A stretch of 56,325 nt of DNA from Octopus bimaculoides (lineage: Eukaryota), in the NCBI RefSeq assembly GCF_001194135.2, contig NC_068983.1:146264416-146320740 (forward strand). The letters are read 5' to 3'. Within the stretch, counting starts at the first letter, position 1, and every line of letters starts with the position of its first letter. Below are positions 1-56,325 of this stretch, piece after piece. The notes beneath the pieces are model-generated. The model was not told where the DNA came from. It did no database searches and saw nothing but the letters and a program-made list of their open reading frames with translations. Made by a program: the position numbers and the translations under genes.

Positions 1-583
1 CTTTGCCCAGGCTATTCTTATTCTAGCAGCTACACTTCTACTTTTTCACCCTGGAGTGCTGTAAAGGTTGTTTTCTGCACATTCTCAATGTTTATTGCTC
101 CTGAGCATCTGCCACATACAAAGACTATCTTGCTAGTTAGCTGTCCTTTGATATTGCTGCACCTCTTATGTGTCCATAGCTTACACTGGGTACATCTTAT
201 GGAATTTCTATCTACGCCTTTTCTACAGATCGAGCAGGGCCATCTACCTGAAGGGGCTTGTGTTTTGTCTACCTTCCTGCTTATTAGGACTTTGGTTTTA
301 GCTAGGTTGACTCTAAGTCCCTTCGATTCTAGTCCTTGCTTCCACACCTGAAACTTCTCTAGTCCTGATAGAGACTCAGCAATTAGGTCAAGGTCATCAG
401 CATAGAGGAGCTCCCAGGGGCATCCCGTCTTGAATTCCTGTGTTATTGCCTGGAGGACTATGATAAATAGGAGGGGGCTGAGGACTGAACCTTTGTGGAC
501 CCCTACCTCTACCTTGAATTCTTCACTGTACTCGTTGCCAACCCTCACCTTACTGGCAGCATCCCTGTACATGGCTTGCACAG
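1..583 (-). mobile_element. RTE-clade LINE fragment (RT domain plus PHD-like C4HC3 finger); continues off the left edge
   Basis: ORF 30..581 contains GVHKGSVLSPLLF and LLYADDL RT motifs. Its end (gctattcttattctagcagctacac) overlaps the RTE copy at about 37215-37245. Confidence 0.9.
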
Positions 584-683
584 NNNNNNNNNNNNNNNNN
601 NNNNNNNNNNNNNNNNNNNNNNNNNNNNNNNNNNNNNNNNNNNNNNNNNNNNNNNNNNNNNNNNNNNNNNNNNNNNNNNNNNN

Positions 684-723
<40 letters not shown>

Positions 724-1159
724 ATACATATTCATACATATATACATACATATATATATATACATAATATATATACATAATATACATATACACACATATA
801 TATATACATAATATATATATGTGTATATATATATATATATACACATAGCATATATATACATAGCATATATATATATGTACACACACAAATATATAATGTA
901 TGCAGACTATATATATACTGTAAAGAAAAGAATTTTGCCCTTTTAAAAGAAAGAAGTAATCAACAGAAAGTTTTACATGAAATTGAGGGTCAGGTAGACA
1001 GAGTAACAAATTTAGAAATTCCTCCTTGGAAATAATATATACCACGAAGAATTGGAACATAGAAGAAAAGAATGCATGGAAAGTGGTAACAAAATTGGGA
1101 AACAAAAAATCAGAGCACCTGAGCAGAGAAGGAACAGAGTGAGAGTTCATGAAAAAGAT

Positions 1160-1222
<63 letters not shown>

Positions 1223-1680
1223 TGTGCACATACGAAAACACATTTATACCTGCAACTCACATGTGAATAGATCAGGAGAGATAGATGAAAAGATACAAGG
1301 TAAATTTATATCGTTACATTTTTCTGTTTTTTATTCAAATCATCATCAAAGTTAATGGAAGGCCAATACCTCAATATTTTTGGTATGTGTACAAATATTT
1401 ATTTATTTACATGCATTCATAAAAATATAACATGTATGAGGGTTACTATATCTTCCATATCATGCTTTCAATTTGAAAGGGGGTGGGAAACAAATCATAA
1501 AACAATTGATATCATTATTACCATATTATTATTATTATTATTATTGATTTTTAGTCAATCAAATACTGACTTTCTCCTCTTTTGCCCTCAGATACCCCAA
1601 ACCCAAATACACACACACACACATATATATACATACACACACATATATATACATATATATATATATATATNNNNNNNNNN

Positions 1681-1721
<41 letters not shown>

Positions 1722-2649
1722 CAAGTGTATAATTGCAAAACCCACTGAATTTTATAAAGTACCCTAACAAATGTTAAGATAGACATAGATAATTTGAGAG
1801 GGTGAGGACCAGTTTATGAAGACCAGATTTGAAGAGGAGTGCAACAAACTGGTAGAAACAGTTGCAGCAATCAAACTCTTCAAAACACCAGTTAGTTAGC
1901 TTTCAGAGGCAATCACTGACAACCTGTATAGAATTTTTCACTCCTAATAGAGTGTGCATCAAACAAAATAAGTTTTCTAAAATTTCATCACTTCACTTTA
2001 TTATTCCAAATCATTATTATTATTACTACTATTATTATCATAATGTTATCTCTTTAAATTCTTTTCCTTTGTTTGTCTCTTTATATTTGTCTGTTTTTAT
2101 ACCATTTATGTCACAAATTTGATAAAATAAGGAACAAAATAAGTATAAATCTAAAGTAGCATGAAATTTCTGGGGTGGGTTTTTTTTTTCTAACAGAGTG
2201 AAGACAGAACTAGAGACTTTATACAACAGACATATTTTTGATATGGTCTACAGATTGTTTTAGCATTTCTTTGGACAGAGAGAAAATCACCAGATTTTAA
2301 AATCAAGTTTCANNNNNNNNNNGTAATTTTAAAAAAAAAAAAAAAAAAGCACATACACAGTGGAAAGAGATGATATTGATAATAGTCATGACAATAATGA
2401 TCATGATAATAATCATAAAACCTTAATTAATGCATACTTTAAACAAGTATGTTGCCCAGGAATAATAATAATAATAATAATGATAATAATAATAATAATA
2501 ATTTCCTTGAGAGAAGGACTTAGATAGGAGTGAAGGACAAGAGTTAAGGGCATGAAATAGACTGACACCTATACATATGTATATACATGTGCAGCATGTT
2601 TATTTTTAAGCTTTTTTTGTCAGGCCAATATGGTGATCAGTGAGAGGAG

Positions 2650-2724
<75 letters not shown>

Positions 2725-3480
2725 AAGGAAAAAATATTCTTAGGCAATAATAACTTCACAACTTTCTTCATTTTCCAATCTGTTCTTATGAAGCTATTTT
2801 TCTGTACACTGAAGTGATTGGGAACGGAAGGGGACAGATTAATGAGAGAAGGGCGAAGGGCAGAGCTATAGCTAGACAGAAATGATGTCTATATTGTCGG
2901 TGTCAAATGGATACATAGGGAACTCAATAACAAAGAAACAATAACAGCTATAATGCAGCAATCACCAAAAAGGGAAAAAAAAAATTTAATCCACAGAGCA
3001 TCCATTCGTTGGCATTTTTTTGTTTTTGTTTTGTTATTTTTAGCAGCAACAAGCTTATCTCAAATTTCTTTCCTAGTACATTTTCTGAGGAAAACGTTTT
3101 TTTTTTCTTCTTTTTGTTGTTTTATTTTTTTGCTTTGTTTTGTTGATAATCCAGAGGTTAAAAACAATTTGGGAAATGGTGGGGCTGAAAAAAAAAAAAA
3201 ACTGTAGTTTTATTCAACAGTTGAATAAAGCAGCTCCTGCTGCTGCTTATGTTGCTGTATCCACACTAATCACCCTGTAATTATGTCAAACATGTACTGG
3301 GCACAGCAAATGTTTGACTAAAGTTACAATACTTAGTTGAGCATGTAAGTGTGTATAAATGTATATGCAAGAAGTATTATGCATGCATCATCAGTATTTG
3401 TATAAATCAATGCATGTCAGTGGACAAAGAGCTAAGTCTGAAGTTGTCAGTATGCCAGGAGAATTAATATAGGCTGAGTA

Positions 3481-51716
<48,236 letters not shown>

Positions 51717-53457
51717 CTGTAAAACAATTAGTTACTTTTTTTAAATAACATCTAATTTAAAAACATCCATTACAGATTAATATTTTACTAAAGATTCTAT
51801 CAAATCTTTATTAATATCTGAAAGAAATATAATACACATTTAAGAAATAAATACTTTTATGTGAGAAAGGGACAAAACTGAAGAAGCCACAAATAAAATG
51901 AGTCAGAGAAAGAAAAGAAAAAAATTTTAAATATCAGATATTAGACAAATTCTTAAACATTGAAGAAAGAAGCTCAAGCACATGTCAAATTAACCCATGG
52001 CTTAATAGCAACTACACGACAGATACAGAACCCTAATTTCAGGATATAATCTGTAAATTCTACTATTAACAAGCAAATTTTAACAATTTAAAAAACTATA
52101 ACTATGGTATGTATGTCATTATCACTATTTTACATCCACAACATGAGTTAGACAGGTTACTGCTCTCCTAGACAGGCCCTAATGTCAACCACATTACATA
52201 GTGTACTGGGTTCATTTCATCAAAGCACCAACATTGCAGGGTTTGTATATTCTTAGTACCACTTGATCATCAACCATTTTACAGAGTGTACAGGGTGTAT
52301 TTGTCTGTGGCACTAGCACTGTTGAGGTTGCCTTGACAACTCAGAAAATTAACATACACACAGGTATGCATGATTACAGACATAGACATGTTGCATGTCT
52401 ATATCTATAATCATGCATGGTATGCATCCACTCAGAATCTCACAAGTAGGGTGTCCTACAGAAAAACTAAGGCCAGATTTGGAATCAATAAATAAATTGA
52501 AATAAACAAACAAAACAAATACCATTTTCATCCATTGGGTCTCAGAAGATTCCCTACTTCATTAAAATTCACTTCTAATTATTCAAGATATTGAGGTGAA
52601 ATTTGATATACTATTCAATAATACTTTACTGATAATTTAATAAGTTTTATTGGCCTTGTAGCTGTTCAATTACAGGAGGTGCAGAATTTAGGGTTTGAGA
52701 ACAGAAAATTTTTGAGGTGACGTACAGGGTTTCAAAAATTTTTAGTGTTTAGTAGGAACAGAAATTTTTTTAGGAAGAAAAGAATTTTCATGAAGATTAG
52801 GAAATATTTATAGGGGCCAGAAGATTAAAAAAATTTTATTTTAAATTTGTTTAAAGAAATAATACATTGATATTGATAATATAAATAAAATTATTGATTT
52901 GTTTGAATATTAATATTTTATACTAATTTATGCAAAAGTTTTACTGTTTTTATAAAGTTAAATCAATAGCAAATGAGATACTTTTTCATTATTTTTTTAG
53001 CATAAATATTCATTTATTCTCATTGCATGACTTGCTTTGCTGCATAAGAAAAAATTCTATGACTTTATTTATAAAGCAAATCAAGTCTGTGTAAAGTTAG
53101 TTTTAATTTTAAACCTATAAAATGATGAGCAATTTACCAATGTTAAATAATTTTAAAAGTTTCAGTTTCTGTATCTTCTTCAATATAAAATAATCACATG
53201 TTTGTATCTGTATTCCTGATTATGTTTCCACTCAAAACCTTGACAACATGTTGCGTTGCCATACAGAAAAATTAGAGCCAAATTTAGAATTAGAAAATCA
53301 GATAAAACAAAACAGACTCCAAGCTGACAACTATCCAAATCTTCATGATACCTGAAACAAAATTTCTTTAACAAAACCTAACAGAAGACCACTGCGAAGT
53401 CTGCAATAGAGTTAAAGAGAATGTTCTGCAGGGCAACCACAATAATAACATCACACT

Positions 53458-53620
53458 TTTTTTTTTGGATATGTTTGATTGTTCAGGAAAGAGCTACATA
53501 GTTAACACACTTCTTAAATGTTTACTCAACAGGTAAAACTGTCCTAGTTACAGCATCTTCAGGTATCACAATAACACTACTTCAGGGAAGGCAAACATAG
53601 CACATTCAAGATTCCACTCA
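53458..53620 (+). mobile_element. Helitron PIF1-type helicase remnant
   Basis: FLDMFDCSGKSYIVNTLL (degenerate Walker A), then GKTVLVTASSGITITLLQGRQT..FKIPL. This matches the Helitron PIF1 pattern VLAVASSGIAATLL.GGRTAHSRFKIP as I recall it. Stops and frameshifts present. Confidence 0.6.
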
Positions 53621-56087
53621 ACAATTGCCTATGAGACCAACCAACAATAAAAGATCACAGGTTCTAATTTTCAGACTCAGCAAAATAATAATTTGCTTAA
53701 ACTACTCTGTGAAAAACAGTATTTAAATTATTTTAAATGTTCAGGAAAAATTAAATAGTAAAAATATGTTTGATAAACTATAATAATGGATTGTATTTAT
53801 AACAATTTTTATTTCTAACATTAGCATGTCGCATGTGTACATGCATGTGTGTGTGAGAATATTTAAATTATAGCAACCTCAATATTTTGATTGGTATTTA
53901 TTTAGCTGACCCCACCCCCACCCTTCAATGGTTGAAAGGAGAAGTCAACTCAGGTAAATTTTGAATTACGTATAAGGACATAATTAAATACCCTAAAACA
54001 TTTGTTCTGTTACTTTATTAATCCCATCAATCCACTACACAACTATAACAAAAATAATACTGATAATATATAGTTGTTGATACATTGAGGAAATTTACAA
54101 CTCTACCTTCTGACAAATAAATTACCTTTATATATCTATGTAATATCTGTCAAATATCAGCTACATAATATAGCTGAAATTGTTTTTGAATTCTGGGCAA
54201 ACAAACATATTTAGAAAACATGTTTCTTTCATTCTGCCTTTTCATCTTACAGCAGATAAATTCTAGTTTCTTGTTATTCTGACTCTGAAGCAAGCAACCT
54301 TTTACTAATTTGTTCAGATTATTTTCAAAGAAACCATATCTAGCTTTATTATAATCATATTCCCAACACTAGCGATAAACAAGCCAACACAGAATCACAA
54401 ATACATGTTTATATTCTGTTTACTGCAAAATGCTTAGCAATCCCATCTAGGTTCTCCCCTTTTACTAACTTTGACCTTACTTTGTATGTCTGCATAAAAA
54501 TACTCTTTACCATTCATACCAACCAGTTGGTTGTAGCCATACAAGAGCACTATCATCAAAATATAGTTTCCCTGCTAAAAACTGAACCCAAATCACTTGA
54601 GTGAAAGCCAGAAATAAGGTTAGAAAATATAAACATTTTCAGTTCAGTCCTGATTTACTCATTACTAAAGGAGAAACAATATAAATTCTATATTTATAAT
54701 GAAGAGCACAACTTTGGTTACATGTAAGTAGGATTTGTAGGCAGCAAAATTTGCTGAAAAGCAATATAGGTTTTACCTCTAAAAATAGAAGCTAATTTTA
54801 AAAGCAAATATGTTTTTCTAGACATCATAAGACAAGTTTTGTATGATACATTGTAGGTATGATGTTAAAGGCAGTCATGAACAGTTTCATTTTTGATGAG
54901 TGAAATAAAGTGTTGCCTCTAGATTTAACATATTGTTTTCCATTCTTACATGAAAATCTCATTGTCACCTTAACATAAGTCCTCCAACTGGCTATCAAGT
55001 TTATAGGTCAACTGTATGTCATTCCTGACATAGCAAGTCCTAGTCTTTCAGAGCAATATAGCTCAAATATCTTTAATTTAACTAAACATCGTGAAAACAA
55101 GTATTTTCTACAAATTAATTTTTGGGGTAAAAGAAAGAAGTTTCAATGTTGAATTTAAACATAAATTACTCCTACTCGATTAATCACAATACATTTTCTT
55201 TTGTAAATATTGTAACCATTCTGAAAATACTCTTTTGGCAAGTTGATATTTCTTTCAATACAAAGTAATGACAATGTACACACACACATTTCGGTATCCA
55301 AGCATTATAAACAAACCCTCAGTCTTCATTAATTTGCTACCAAACAAAGCAATTGAAATATTTTTTTAAATCCATAAGAATAAAAACAATTTTCAAATAT
55401 GATTTAAAATCAATTATTTCCTTTTTTTTTAGAAATATAGAGAAATAAAAATTTAGAACATAAATTAATAACGATCCTCTACAAAATATCTATTTTATAA
55501 AGAGACAAAGTCTTTGTGCTTTGTTAAGTGGACATGTGACAAGGACATAAATACAAGTCTACATTTTTGTTATAACTGCTATTCAAACCTGTAATTAAAG
55601 CAACAGAATAGAAATATGTTCAAGTGAGAAGTGCTTATATCTAAGTGTAATAGTAATACTAATAACAAATAAAATGGAGTATTTTGTTGACTTTGAAAAC
55701 CACCATGTGTGTGTTTGTGTGTGTGTGTGTGTGTTTCGACATATTCTGGAGTGGTTTCAAGGACGGAGCAAATAAGACTGCTTTTTAGATGACTTTCTCA
55801 TAAACTACTGATAGTTGAAATATACCTATTAAATAAACAGTATCCCAAAATTATATTGTGAGGTCAAGCATATGTTAAGTGTTTTCTAAGTGGAGAAATG
55901 CTTGGTAAAATCTGAGTAAAGATACTAAGTCTAAATCTTCAGATGTTTATATTAACCTAACATTGTAACCTTTATCCCAAAAGGAGCCAACATCTATTTT
56001 TCCATTCTAAAACAAACCTTAAATGGTGATAAATGATAATGCCTACACAATACCACATTTTCAGACATCTTAATCTGTATCAATTCA

Positions 56088-56325
56088 TCATCATCATCAT
56101 CATCGTTTAACGTCCGCTTTCCATGCTAGCATGGGTTGGACGATTTGACTGAGGACTGGTGAAACCGGATGGCAACACCAGGCTCCAATCTAATTTGGCA
56201 GAGTTTCTACAGCTGGATGCCCTTCCTAACGCCAACCACTCAGAGAGTGTAGAGGGTGCTTTTACGTGTCACCCGCACGAAAACGGCCACGCTCGAAATG
56301 GTGTCTTTTATGTGCCGCCCGCACA
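56088..56325 (-). mobile_element. RTE 3' UTR/tail, young copy, runs off the window end
   Basis: Reverse complement of 31596-31835, with 3 substitutions found by hand comparison. Confidence 0.92.

Noticed and set aside
545-1790. Many ORFs rich in YI/HT/CV repeats (also at 10718-10979, 41888-42172, 49260-49598)
   Set aside because: They are translations of (TA)n, (CA)n and (GA)n microsatellites or N gaps, not genes.
51717-56087. Search for the AGFG1 first exon (start codon, CxxC..CxxC zinc finger)
   Set aside because: No matching peptide was found on the minus strand; it probably lies beyond the window.

Overview
AT-rich, microsatellite-rich eukaryotic DNA from a gapped draft assembly (N gaps at 584-683, 1671-1680, 2313-2322, 12738-13096, 31361-31595, 38261-38270). 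The repeat families resemble those I recall from Octopus; that assignment is an inference. One host gene spans the window on the minus strand: AGFG1 (ArfGAP with FG repeats; HRB/drongo family). Seven coding exons were reconstructed by hand with GT-AG boundaries and matching phases: 51716-51623, 20356-20102, 17377-17101, 15769-15686, 11940-11455, 6493-6105, 3540-3481. They total 1645 nt and end ...SSSTNPFL-stop. The 5' exon(s), which should carry the start codon and the ArfGAP zinc cysteines, were not found and presumably lie beyond the right edge. The introns, especially a 31.3 kb one, hold degenerate transposons: a near full-length CsRN1-clade Ty3/gypsy element, many RTE-LINE 3' fragments and RTE-tailed SINEs, D34D mariner, D37D maT-like, piggyBac-like, hAT and TTAA MITEs, Penelope-like and Helitron remnants. 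I see no clearly new biological system. The best leads are hypotheses: (i) inverted repeats that would make the pre-mRNA double-stranded (possible ADAR editing, exon skipping or circularisation), (ii) a candidate alternative last exon removing the terminal NPF motif, (iii) a hairpin over a candidate poly(A) signal, and (iv) a candidate recursive splice site.
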